64,000 nt of DNA from Candidatus Eiseniibacteriota bacterium. Lineage in GTDB: Bacteria; Eisenbacteria; RBG-16-71-46. This document shows positions 1-8,913 of the stretch, in pieces; position 1 is the stretch's first letter, and every line of letters begins with the position of its first letter. The notes under the pieces were generated by a model. It saw only the letters and a program-made list of their open reading frames with translations. It had not been told where the DNA came from and ran no database searches. The position numbers were made by a program, and so were the translations under genes. Where the stretch lies: contig OY970342.1 of NCBI GenBank assembly GCA_963717505.1, forward strand, positions 3,040,001 to 3,104,000. The letters run 5' to 3'.

Positions 1-1
1 C

Positions 2-790
2 ATTCGTCGCTCGAGTCTGGTTCTGTTGGTGGCCCTGATCGGCGCCGGTTTCTGGCGCGCCGGCATGCTGATTCCGGACTGGAAGGACGACCTCACGATG
101 TACGCGGCACTCGGGCGCGCGCAACCGGGGAACGTGCGCGGGCGGATCGGACTGGCGAACCAGTTGAGTGCGGCCGGGCGCGACGAGGAAGCGCTGGCCG
201 AGCTGGCGCGCATCGAAGCGATCGACGCGCGCATGCCCGAGCTGCATGCGACGCGCGCGGTGATCTACTTCCGGCACGGGCGCTGGTCCGACGTGCTCGC
301 CAGTGCCGAGCAGGCGCTGGCCCTGGACCCGGGGCAGCCGCAGGCGCAGTTGCTGCGCGCCACGGCACTCGTGCGCTTGCGGCGCCTCGAGGCGGCGGAC
401 TCCACCCTCTCGGCAATGCTCGCCGCACGCCCCGGAGACCCGGCGATCGAAGGGGTCTGGGGACAACTCCTGCTCTTGCGCGGTGAGGCAGCAGCGGCGA
501 TCCCATTCCTCGATCGCGCGGCGCGCTGGAACACGGATGACGCCAGCGTGTCCTATGCGCTGGGCGTCGCCTGCCAGATCGAGCGCCGATGGGCCGAGGC
601 GCAGTCGGCGTTCCAAAGCACGGTGGCGGTCGATCCTCGTTACTACGAAGCGTGGCTCCGGCTCGCGGTCTCGGCGCACGAGTCCCAGGACCTCGCAACG
701 CGCGAACGGGCGATCGCGGCGGCTCGTGCCCTGCCGGAGGCCGCCGACGGACGGGCCGAAGCGCTCACACGCACCTGGGGCGCGAAATGA
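2..790 (+). CDS. TPR-repeat membrane protein, C-terminal part (TMTC-like putative glycosyltransferase); 5'-truncated by the window edge
   Basis: Frame is open from base 2. A hydrophobic segment is followed by 'WKDDLTMY' (typical TMTC junction) and several TPR-like helical repeats. Confidence 0.65.
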   Translation: MRRSSLVLLVALIGAGFWRAGMLIPDWKDDLTMYAALGRAQPGNVRGRIGLANQLSAAGRDEEALAELARIEAIDARMPELHATRAVIYFRHGRWSDVLASAEQALALDPGQPQAQLLRATALVRLRRLEAADSTLSAMLAARPGDPAIEGVWGQLLLLRGEAAAAIPFLDRAARWNTDDASVSYALGVACQIERRWAEAQSAFQSTVAVDPRYYEAWLRLAVSAHESQDLATRERAIAAARALPEAADGRAEALTRTWGAK

Positions 791-800
791 GCCGCGGCGG

Positions 801-830
801 TTGACCCTCGCGTTTCGCGGCTGATAGCGT
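801..830 (+). promoter_or_regulatory. sigma70-type promoter upstream of recJ
   Basis: TTGACC (801-806), 18-nt spacer, TGn-TAGCGT (825-830). Confidence 0.5.
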
Positions 831-850
831 CTCCTCTCGAAGATCCCTCC

Positions 851-2563
851 ATGCTGGCGACCACTGTCACCCATCAATGGGTCCTGCACCCGGACCGCGA
901 TTCGGACCAGTCGCGCGCGTTGGCGCGCGAACTCGGTGCGCCGCTTGCGGCTGCCGTCGCCCTGGTGAACCGCGGAGTGAAGAGCGCCGGCGACGCGAGG
1001 CAGTTCCTGGAGCCGACCCTCGAGGACCTCCACGACCCCCTGGGGCTGCTCGACCTCGATCGTGCGGTCGATCGGATCCGGACTGCGATCGTGCGCGGGG
1101 AGCGCATCCTGGTCCACGGCGACTACGACGTCGACGGAATCACCGCGACCTTCATGCTGGTCTCGGTGTTGCGCGAATTGGGCGCGCAGGCCGAATACCG
1201 GATCCCGCACCGCCTGCGCGACGGCTACGGGGTTTCGGAGGCGGCGATCGACGATGCGGTCGCGCGCGGCTGCACGCTGATCGTGACCGTGGACTGCGGG
1301 ATCACCGCGCACGGCCCGGTGGCCCTCGCGCGCTCACGCGGCATCGACACCGTGATCACCGACCATCACGAGCCGCCCGACGTGCTGCCCGAGGCGCACG
1401 CGGTGATCAACCCGCTGCGGCCCGGGTGCGCGTACCCGTTCAAATCACTGGCCGGTGTCGGGGTGACGTTCAAGCTGGTGCAGGCGCTGCTGCGCGGGCG
1501 TGGCGGTCTCGAGCGGGCGGCCGAGTACCTGGACGTGGTCGCGATCGGGACGATCGCGGACGTGGTGCCGCTGGTCGGTGAGAACCGCGTGCTGGCACGG
1601 CTCGGGCTCGAGCGCCTGAACCGGAAGCCCCGGGTCGGACTCCAGGCGTTGCTCGAGGTCGCCGGCGGCGAAGGACGCACCGTCACCAGCGGCCAGGTCG
1701 CCTTCGTGCTCGCACCGCGCATCAACGCCGGTGGGCGGATGGGGAACGCCGAGCAGGGCCTGCGCCTGTTGCTGTCCCGCGACGCGGCGGAAGCACGCAC
1801 GATCGCCGAGAGCCTGGAAGAGGACAACGACCTGCGCCGCCGCCGCGACGAGGAAGCGCTGGTCGAGGCCACGGCGCTGGTCGAGTCCGAACTAGGATAC
1901 CCGGAGTGCGCCTCGATCCTTCTCTGGTCGGAGCGCTGGCATCCCGGCGTCATCGGGATCGTGGCCTCGCGTCTGGTCGAGCGCTTCCACCGGCCGACCA
2001 TCCTGGTCGCGCTCAACGACGGTCTGGGCCGCGGCTCGGGGCGCAGCCTGGCCGGGTTCGACCTCAACCACGCGCTCGGTCGTTGCGCCGAATTGCTCGA
2101 GGGCTTCGGCGGACACGCGTTCGCCGCCGGACTCAGCGTGCGCCCGGAGCAGCTGCCCGAGCTGCGCCGGCGCTTCGATGCGTTGGTGCGCGAGCAGATG
2201 ACCCCCGAGGACTTCGTGCCGCGCCTGACGGTCGATGGCGACATCGTCCTCTCCGAGTGCGACCTCGAGCTGGTCCACTGGCTCGAGCGCATGTCGCCGC
2301 ACGGATTGGGCAATCCGGAGCCGTTGTTCGTGGTGCGGGGGGCTCGCGTGTCGGGTGTGGCCGCGGTTGGCGCCGGGCGGCACCTGCGCTTCAACGCGAG
2401 CGACGGCACCGGCAGCGCCGGCGGCATCGGCTTCGGGTTCGGCGAACACGTCACGGCGCTGCGTTCCACGCCCGCCGTCGACCTGGCGTGCGCCCCGACC
2501 CGCAACGAGTGGATGGGGGAGACCCGCGTCCAGCTCAAGCTCAAGGGGATGCGTCCGGCGTGA
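851..2563 (+). CDS. recJ: ssDNA-specific exonuclease RecJ
   Basis: GDYDVDG, TVDCG, TDHH, GTIADVVPL, PRINAGGR and GGHAFAAG DHH/DHHA1 motifs. Confidence 0.97.
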   Translation: MLATTVTHQWVLHPDRDSDQSRALARELGAPLAAAVALVNRGVKSAGDARQFLEPTLEDLHDPLGLLDLDRAVDRIRTAIVRGERILVHGDYDVDGITATFMLVSVLRELGAQAEYRIPHRLRDGYGVSEAAIDDAVARGCTLIVTVDCGITAHGPVALARSRGIDTVITDHHEPPDVLPEAHAVINPLRPGCAYPFKSLAGVGVTFKLVQALLRGRGGLERAAEYLDVVAIGTIADVVPLVGENRVLARLGLERLNRKPRVGLQALLEVAGGEGRTVTSGQVAFVLAPRINAGGRMGNAEQGLRLLLSRDAAEARTIAESLEEDNDLRRRRDEEALVEATALVESELGYPECASILLWSERWHPGVIGIVASRLVERFHRPTILVALNDGLGRGSGRSLAGFDLNHALGRCAELLEGFGGHAFAAGLSVRPEQLPELRRRFDALVREQMTPEDFVPRLTVDGDIVLSECDLELVHWLERMSPHGLGNPEPLFVVRGARVSGVAAVGAGRHLRFNASDGTGSAGGIGFGFGEHVTALRSTPAVDLACAPTRNEWMGETRVQLKLKGMRPA

Positions 2564-4764
2564 GCGAGTCGGGCAGCGACCATCCGGAGCTCCGCGCCGC
2601 CCTGCTCGCCACGCTCGACGAGCACGCGCCGAAAGTCGATCGTGATCGTGTCGCCGCCTGCTTCGACTACGCGGCCCGTGCCCACCGCGGGCAGCAACGC
2701 GAATCGGGCGAGCCGTTCCTGACCCACGTAGTCGAGGTCACGCGCATCCTGGTCGATCTGCTCGAGTCGCGCCTCGACACGCCGCTGGCGTGTGGGGCCC
2801 TGCTGCACGACGTGGTCGAGGACACCGAGGTCGGCCTCGAGGACGTCGAGAAGCGGTTCGGACGCGAGGTTGCAGGGCTGGTCGAGGGCGTGACCAAGCT
2901 GTCGGGGCTCCACTTCGATCGTCGCGAGACGGTCCAGGCCGAGAATTTCCGAAAGATGCTGCTGTCCATGTCGCGCGATCTGCGGGTCATCTTCATCAAG
3001 CTCGCCGACCGCCTGCACAACATGCGCACGATCGGCGCGTTGCGGCCCGACAAGCAGACGCGCATCGCGATCGAGACCCGGGACATCTATGCGGCGCTCG
3101 CCCACCGATTGGGCATGGCGACCATCAAGCGCGAGCTCGAGGACCTGAGCCTCAAGGTGCTCGATCCCGACGCGTATCAGGACCTGGCCAGCCGGATCCA
3201 GGCTCGCCGCGAGGAGCGCGAGGCGTTCCTCGCCGGCGTGCGCGACCGGCTCGAAGGCGGACTCAAGGCGGCCGGTATCAAGGCCGAGGTCACCGGCCGC
3301 CCGAAGCACTTCTACTCGATCTACCAGAAAATGCAGTCGGGCCGGGATTTCGAGTCGATCTACGACCTGTTCGGCATCCGGGTCCTGACGCAGACGCGCA
3401 ACGACTGCTATCGCGCACTGGGCGTGGTCCACGACGTGTTCACGCCGGTCGCCGATCGATTCAAGGACTACATCGCCACTCCCAAATCCAACCTGTACCA
3501 GTCGTTGCACACCACGGTGCTCGACGGCGGCGAACTGGTCGAAGTCCAGATCCGCAGCTGGGAAATGCATCGCACCGCCGAGACCGGAGTCGCCGCGCAC
3601 TACGTCTACAAACACACCGGCATGGTGGACGAAGAGCTGGACGCCAAGCTCGGTGGTTTCGTCGCCCAGACCGCCGACTGGCAGCGGACGGCGGGCGACG
3701 ACGAGTACCTGGACTTCCTGCACACCGCGCTCTACCAGGAAGAGGTGTTCGTCTACACCCCGCGGCGCGAGCTCAAGCGGCTGCCCAAGGGCTCGACCGT
3801 GCTCGACTTTGCGTTCCTGGTCCACACCGAGGTCGGCCAGCGCACGGTCGGCGCCCGGGTGAACGGCGAACTGGTGCCGTTGCGCCACGTGCTGCGCAAC
3901 GGCGACACGGTCGAGATCGTCACCTCGTCGCACGCCCATCCGCACGAGGATTGGCTGCAGATCGTGCGCACCACCGGCGCGCGCAGCAAGATCCGTCACT
4001 GGCTCCGGCTGCAGCGGCACACCGACAGCGTCAGCCTCGGACGCGAGATGCTCGAGCGCGAGCTCAAACGGCTGCGCCTGGACCCCGAGCCCGCGACCCT
4101 CGAGGACGTGGCGCGCGGCCTCGGTTGCGACGGGATCGAGCAGCTGCAGGCGCGCCTGGCCGAAGGCCAGGTGTCGCTGCCGCAGGTCATCCGCAAGCTG
4201 TCGCCGCCCAAGGAGGGTTTCGCCGAGCGCTTCGCGAAGGATCCGCTCGAGGCCCTGGGGTTCAGCAAACGGCCGACCGGCGGCGTGCGCATCCAGGGCA
4301 TCGACAACGTCATGCTGAGCTTCGCTCGTTGTTGCCAACCGGTGCCGGGCGACCCGGTGATCGGGATCGTCACCGTCGGTCGCGGCGTGTCGGTGCATCG
4401 CCAGGATTGTCCGAACACCTTCGGCAATCGGATCGCCGCCGAGCGCAAGGTGCCGGTGGAATGGGACGCGGGGATCGACGAGACGTTCCCGGTCCGGCTG
4501 GTGGTGTTCGGCCACGATCGTCCGGCGCTGCTGGCCGACATCGCCAAGGCGATCGCCGCAACCTCGGTCAATATCCGCTACGCCGGCATGGCGAGCGAGG
4601 ATCGCACCGCCCGCGGGGCATTCGTGGTCGAGGTGCCGCATCTGGCCAAGCTCAACGAGGTCATGCATGCGGTGCGTCGCGTGTCCGGAGTGACGCGGGT
4701 CGATCGGCGCCGGCGGATCGTGCGCGCCGTGCCGCCGCGAAGGGCGAGCGGGGACTCGGGGTGA
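2560..4764 (+). CDS. rel: Bifunctional (p)ppGpp synthetase/hydrolase (Rel/SpoT)
   Basis: GTG at 2560 overlaps the recJ stop. HD hydrolase (HDVVED, KLADRLHN), RFKD-type synthetase, YQSLHT, TGS, CC zinc-finger region and ACT domain. Confidence 0.95.
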   Translation: MSESGSDHPELRAALLATLDEHAPKVDRDRVAACFDYAARAHRGQQRESGEPFLTHVVEVTRILVDLLESRLDTPLACGALLHDVVEDTEVGLEDVEKRFGREVAGLVEGVTKLSGLHFDRRETVQAENFRKMLLSMSRDLRVIFIKLADRLHNMRTIGALRPDKQTRIAIETRDIYAALAHRLGMATIKRELEDLSLKVLDPDAYQDLASRIQARREEREAFLAGVRDRLEGGLKAAGIKAEVTGRPKHFYSIYQKMQSGRDFESIYDLFGIRVLTQTRNDCYRALGVVHDVFTPVADRFKDYIATPKSNLYQSLHTTVLDGGELVEVQIRSWEMHRTAETGVAAHYVYKHTGMVDEELDAKLGGFVAQTADWQRTAGDDEYLDFLHTALYQEEVFVYTPRRELKRLPKGSTVLDFAFLVHTEVGQRTVGARVNGELVPLRHVLRNGDTVEIVTSSHAHPHEDWLQIVRTTGARSKIRHWLRLQRHTDSVSLGREMLERELKRLRLDPEPATLEDVARGLGCDGIEQLQARLAEGQVSLPQVIRKLSPPKEGFAERFAKDPLEALGFSKRPTGGVRIQGIDNVMLSFARCCQPVPGDPVIGIVTVGRGVSVHRQDCPNTFGNRIAAERKVPVEWDAGIDETFPVRLVVFGHDRPALLADIAKAIAATSVNIRYAGMASEDRTARGAFVVEVPHLAKLNEVMHAVRRVSGVTRVDRRRRIVRAVPPRRASGDSG

Positions 4765-5249
4765 GGGTGTTGGTTCAGCGCGTTCTGCGCGCTCGCTGCG
4801 AGGTCGAAGGCGTGGCTACCGGCGCGATCGGTCCCGGCCTGCTGGTGTTCGTCGGCGCGGCGATCGGGGACTCCGACGCGGACGCCGACTGGCTGGCGCG
4901 CAAGATCGCCGGACTGCGGGTGTTCGCCGACGGCGACCGGCTGATGAACCGCGACGTGCGCGAAACCGGCGGAGCCGTGCTCGCGATCCCGCAATTCACG
5001 CTCTACGGCGACGCGCGCCGCGGACGGCGCCCGGACTTCACGGCCGCCGAGCGTCCGGAGCGAGCGGAGCCGCTGTTCGAGCGCTTCTGTTCGGCCCTGG
5101 CGGCCGCGGGCGTTCCGGTCGAGCGCGGCCGGTTTCGAGCACACATGGTGATCGAATGCGTGAACGACGGCCCGGTGTCGCTGGTGGTTGACGGCCCGGA
5201 GCCCAGTGGCCGCGGTGCACGAGTCGAGGAATCCGCCGCCGATGGCTGA
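4761..5249 (+). CDS. dtd: D-aminoacyl-tRNA deacylase
   Basis: VRVLVQRV start, QFTLYGD, GRRPDF, NDGPVS; the usual position after rel. Confidence 0.95.
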   Translation: MRVLVQRVLRARCEVEGVATGAIGPGLLVFVGAAIGDSDADADWLARKIAGLRVFADGDRLMNRDVRETGGAVLAIPQFTLYGDARRGRRPDFTAAERPERAEPLFERFCSALAAAGVPVERGRFRAHMVIECVNDGPVSLVVDGPEPSGRGARVEESAADG

Positions 5250-5835
5250 CGCACGCGCGCGTTTGTTCTATTCCGGGAGGTCGCCCCTGGTGCTCGCGTC
5301 CGGCTCGCCGCGCCGGGTGGCTTTGCTGCGCCAGGTCGGCGCCACGTTCACCGTGGTCGACCCCGGTCCGGATCGCGAATGGCCGGGCTCGGCGGAGCCG
5401 CGTCACGGGGTGCGCGCGTTGGCGCTCGACAAGGCGCGGCGGATCGCTCTGGCGCGACCGCGCGCGGTGGTGCTCGGCGCCGATACCATCGTCGTGATCC
5501 GCGGGCAACGGCTCGGCAAGCCGAGCGGTCGCGAGCAGGCGTGCGACATGTTGCGCCGCCTCCAGGGCCGACAGCACGAAGTGTGGACCGGCATGGCGGC
5601 GGTCAGCGGGCGCGATCAGCGGACCGCGGCGGTGTGCACCAAGGTGCGATTCGCGCGCATGTCGCCGGCCGAGATCGAACGCTATGTCGCGACCGGCGAG
5701 CCGCTCGACAAGGCCGGCGCCTACGGCATCCAGGGGCTGGGGGCGGCGTTCGTCCAGGAGATCGAAGGCGACTACTTCAACGTGGTCGGCCTGCCGCTGG
5801 CGCGACTGCGCCGACTCCTGGCGGAGTTCTCGTAG
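5242..5835 (+). CDS. maf: Maf/YhdE nucleoside-triphosphate pyrophosphatase
   Basis: LASGSPRR, GADT, LGKP, KAGAYGIQ, NVVGLP. Confidence 0.93.
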   Translation: MADARARLFYSGRSPLVLASGSPRRVALLRQVGATFTVVDPGPDREWPGSAEPRHGVRALALDKARRIALARPRAVVLGADTIVVIRGQRLGKPSGREQACDMLRRLQGRQHEVWTGMAAVSGRDQRTAAVCTKVRFARMSPAEIERYVATGEPLDKAGAYGIQGLGAAFVQEIEGDYFNVVGLPLARLRRLLAEFS

Positions 5836-8800
5836 ATGGTCCGGCGCGCCAAGACTCGCCCGCGATCAGATCCCGAGCCGTCGTCCGGCAGCCCGCCGAC
5901 TTCGAGCGGGTTGCCCGCGGCGTGGATCGTGACCTGCTTCCTGCTGTCGGGAGCAGCGGGATTGATCTACGAAGTCGCGTGGTCGAAGGAGCTTTCCTAC
6001 CTGCTGGGCACTTCGCTGGCGGCGGTGTCCACCGTGGTGACGTCGTTTCTCGCCGGGCTCGCGATCGGCGCTGCCACATTGGGGGTTCGCCTCGGGCGAA
6101 GCCGCCAGCCGGTTCGGGCATACGGCTGGCTCGAGTTGGGGATCGCGGTCGCCGGCGTGGCGTCGATCCCCGTGCTCCGCGGTCTCGATCCACTCCTGTC
6201 GGTGTTCGCCGCGCAGTTCGGCGCCGCAAGTATCGCGTTCAACATCGCGCGCGTGGTCGTGGTTCTGGTCATTCTCGCGATGCCGGCCGTGTTGATGGGG
6301 GCGACGCTTCCCGCGCTGGTCGGGCACCTCGAGCGCCGGAGCGTCGGCAGGGGTCTCGCGTGGCTCTACGCGATCAACACCGCGGGAGCGGTCGCGGGGT
6401 CGTTGCTCGCGGGGTTCGTGCTGGTTCCGGAGCTCGGTCTCACCGCAGCCACGTGGGTGGCCGCAGGACTCAATCTCGCGGCCGGCACCGTCGCGATCCT
6501 GGCGCGAGGGCGCGTCGCAGCGCCGGATTCGGTGCCCGAGCAGCAGGCGGTGCACGCGACCGTGAGCCAGGAGAAGACTTCGAGCCGCCTCGCCTTCGCC
6601 TGGGCGTTCGGCCTTTCCGGCTTCGCCGCACTCGTGCTCCAGATCGCGTGGGTCCGGTTGTTCGGGCTCCTGTTCGGCAGCTCCGTCTACTCGTTCGCCG
6701 CCGTACTCGCGGTCTATCTCGCGGGGATCGCCGCCGGCGGGGCGCTCGGCAGCCGACTGATGCTGTCCCGGCGCCCGATGGCCGCGTGGGGAATGCTGGA
6801 GCTCGGAATCGCCGGGGCGGCGGCGGCGTCCCTCCAGCTCCTGCCCTGGATTCCCGAATGGTTCCTGCGTTTCTCGGCGTATCCGGGCGCGAGCTGGTCG
6901 AGCCTCATGGTCGTCAAGGTCTTGCTGACCGCGTCGATGGCCGCCGTGCCGAGCGTCCTGCTCGGCGTCGCCTTCCCGCTCGGGGTCCGATTGCTCCAGC
7001 GCACCGATGGCGTCGAAGCCATCGGAGTCGCGTATGCGGTGAACACGGCGGGCACCGTGGTCGGGTCGCTGGCCGCGGGATTCTGGCTGCTGCCGTGGCT
7101 CGGGGTTCCGGGAACCCAGATCCTCGCGGCCTCGGTTTCGCTGACCGTCGGACTCGGCGCTCTGGCGCTGCAACCGCGCGGCGAGGGGCAGAAACACGAT
7201 AGGTGGGTGGCGGCGGCGTGCGCTGCCGCGCTGGTCGCGCTCGTCGTCGTGGCGCCGAAGTGGGACCCCGCACTGATGACCGCGGGCGTGTTTCGCGCGC
7301 AACAGTGGGCCGCGATCGGCGCCGGTCCGAACGCCGCTGGCGGCTGGACCCGGCTCGCCGACGCCGCCGCCCGCCGCCGAATCGTCTTCTACCGCGAAGG
7401 TCACAATGGATCGGTGTGTGTGGAAACCGACTCGACCGGGCGCGAGTTCGCGATGAGTGTCGGCGGCAAAGTCGACGCGAGCACGCTCGACATGGTCACT
7501 CAGGTGTCGAGCGGACTCCTGCCGATCGCGATCGCGCGGCCCGCGGCTCAGACCCTGGTGATCGGGCTCGGGTCGGGGGTCACGGTGTCGTCGGCGCTCG
7601 CGGCCGGCGCGGGCGAGGTCGAGGTCGTGGAACTCGAGCAGGCGGTGGTCGAGGGCGCACGCTTCTTCCATCCGCGGGACTCGTTCCCGATCGACGATCC
7701 CCGCGTGCGTTTGGTGGTCGACGACGGCCGCACCCACCTCAGGCACAGCCCGCGCCGCTACGACGCCATCATCTCCGAGCCTTCGAATCCCTGGCTCGCC
7801 GGGGTCAACAATCTGTTCACCGCCGAATTCTTTCGTTCGGTCCGCGACCATCTGGCGCCGGACGGCGTCTTCTGTCAGTGGATCCAGGTCTACGAAGTGT
7901 CGCCGGAAACACTCGGCTCCCTGCTCGCCGCGTTCCTGTCCGCGTTTCCGGACGGGCACGCGTTCCTGATCCAGGAGGCGGACTTGTTGTTGATCGCAGC
8001 CCCCCCGGAGCGCCGGCTCGACCTGTCGCGACTGAGCACGCCCGCCGCGCGGCGCGAGATCGAACGGGCGCGACTGCTCGGGCCCGAGGCGCTCGCGGCC
8101 TTCTACCGCGCACCCATTGCCTCGCTCGCGCCGATGGCGGCGGGTGCGATCGTGAACCGCGACGACCGGCCGATCGTCGAGTATCGGGCGCCGCGCGAAA
8201 TGCTGGAGCTCGGCCGGCGCGGCGTACGCTGGTCGAGCTTGGTGCCGGACAGTGGCTGGCATGCGGCGAAGTCGCTGTTCGCCGATTGGACGCCGGAGTC
8301 GTGGTGGACCAACCGGGTGCAGCAGCGGATGCGGCACCGGGAGGCTGCCGCGGCGCGCTCGGCGGTGGACCGGGCGCGCGCCGAGGGCCACGTGGCCTTG
8401 GCGGATCGGCTCGGAGAGGCTTTGGACGCAGCCGATCGCGTGCGCGACGTTGGTGAGCGCCACCGGCGCGCGCGGGAGGCGATGATCGTCCAGGACTTCG
8501 CCGAGGCTGAATTGCAGTTGGCCGCCGCCTCGTCTCTGGAGCCCGAGAACGGCAGGACCTGGGTGCTGCTCGCCGACGCGCGTCGCAGCATGCTCGACTT
8601 CGAGGGTGCTCGTGAGGCCGCGATGCGCGGTCTCGCCGCCGAACGCGTCGACGACCGCGCCGATGCCGCAATCGTGCTCGGGCTGATCGAGCTGGATCGA
8701 GACCAGGGTGCGGCGGCGATCGCGCGCTTCCGCGAGGCGCAGGCGATCCGACCGAAGCACGGCGAAGCCTACCGGCTCGAGGGCATGACCCGGGTCGCGG

Positions 8801-8913
8801 CCGGCGACCTGAACGGCGCGCGCGACGCGTGCGCGCGCGGATTGGCCGCCGCACCGGGAGATCCGGGCCTGATCGAGCTCGAACGGACGATCGCGGGGGA
8901 CGGGTCGCCATGA
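5836..8913 (+). CDS. Fused multi-TM (MFS-like) / spermidine-synthase-like methyltransferase with C-terminal TPRs
   Basis: Two TM repeats (SGAAGLIYEV / SGFAALVLQI; YAINTAG / YAVNTAG), SAM-type VIGLGSG, VELE, DDGR, ISEPSNPW, then TPRs. Confidence 0.85.
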   Translation: MVRRAKTRPRSDPEPSSGSPPTSSGLPAAWIVTCFLLSGAAGLIYEVAWSKELSYLLGTSLAAVSTVVTSFLAGLAIGAATLGVRLGRSRQPVRAYGWLELGIAVAGVASIPVLRGLDPLLSVFAAQFGAASIAFNIARVVVVLVILAMPAVLMGATLPALVGHLERRSVGRGLAWLYAINTAGAVAGSLLAGFVLVPELGLTAATWVAAGLNLAAGTVAILARGRVAAPDSVPEQQAVHATVSQEKTSSRLAFAWAFGLSGFAALVLQIAWVRLFGLLFGSSVYSFAAVLAVYLAGIAAGGALGSRLMLSRRPMAAWGMLELGIAGAAAASLQLLPWIPEWFLRFSAYPGASWSSLMVVKVLLTASMAAVPSVLLGVAFPLGVRLLQRTDGVEAIGVAYAVNTAGTVVGSLAAGFWLLPWLGVPGTQILAASVSLTVGLGALALQPRGEGQKHDRWVAAACAAALVALVVVAPKWDPALMTAGVFRAQQWAAIGAGPNAAGGWTRLADAAARRRIVFYREGHNGSVCVETDSTGREFAMSVGGKVDASTLDMVTQVSSGLLPIAIARPAAQTLVIGLGSGVTVSSALAAGAGEVEVVELEQAVVEGARFFHPRDSFPIDDPRVRLVVDDGRTHLRHSPRRYDAIISEPSNPWLAGVNNLFTAEFFRSVRDHLAPDGVFCQWIQVYEVSPETLGSLLAAFLSAFPDGHAFLIQEADLLLIAAPPERRLDLSRLSTPAARREIERARLLGPEALAAFYRAPIASLAPMAAGAIVNRDDRPIVEYRAPREMLELGRRGVRWSSLVPDSGWHAAKSLFADWTPESWWTNRVQQRMRHREAAAARSAVDRARAEGHVALADRLGEALDAADRVRDVGERHRRAREAMIVQDFAEAELQLAAASSLEPENGRTWVLLADARRSMLDFEGAREAAMRGLAAERVDDRADAAIVLGLIELDRDQGAAAIARFREAQAIRPKHGEAYRLEGMTRVAAGDLNGARDACARGLAAAPGDPGLIELERTIAGDGSP

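Noticed and set aside
1906-2559. N-terminal extension of Rel, and similar over-long starts for dtd, tsf, gatB, purD, DUF58, batB and ispB
   Set aside because: These come from picking the most upstream start; coupled starts overlapping the previous stop codon fit better.
1366-4668. 1100-aa minus-strand ORF, and similar long ORFs at 5866-8760, 22562-24868 and 44346-46346
   Set aside because: Antisense shadows of well-supported + strand genes, expected in high-GC DNA; no recognisable motifs.
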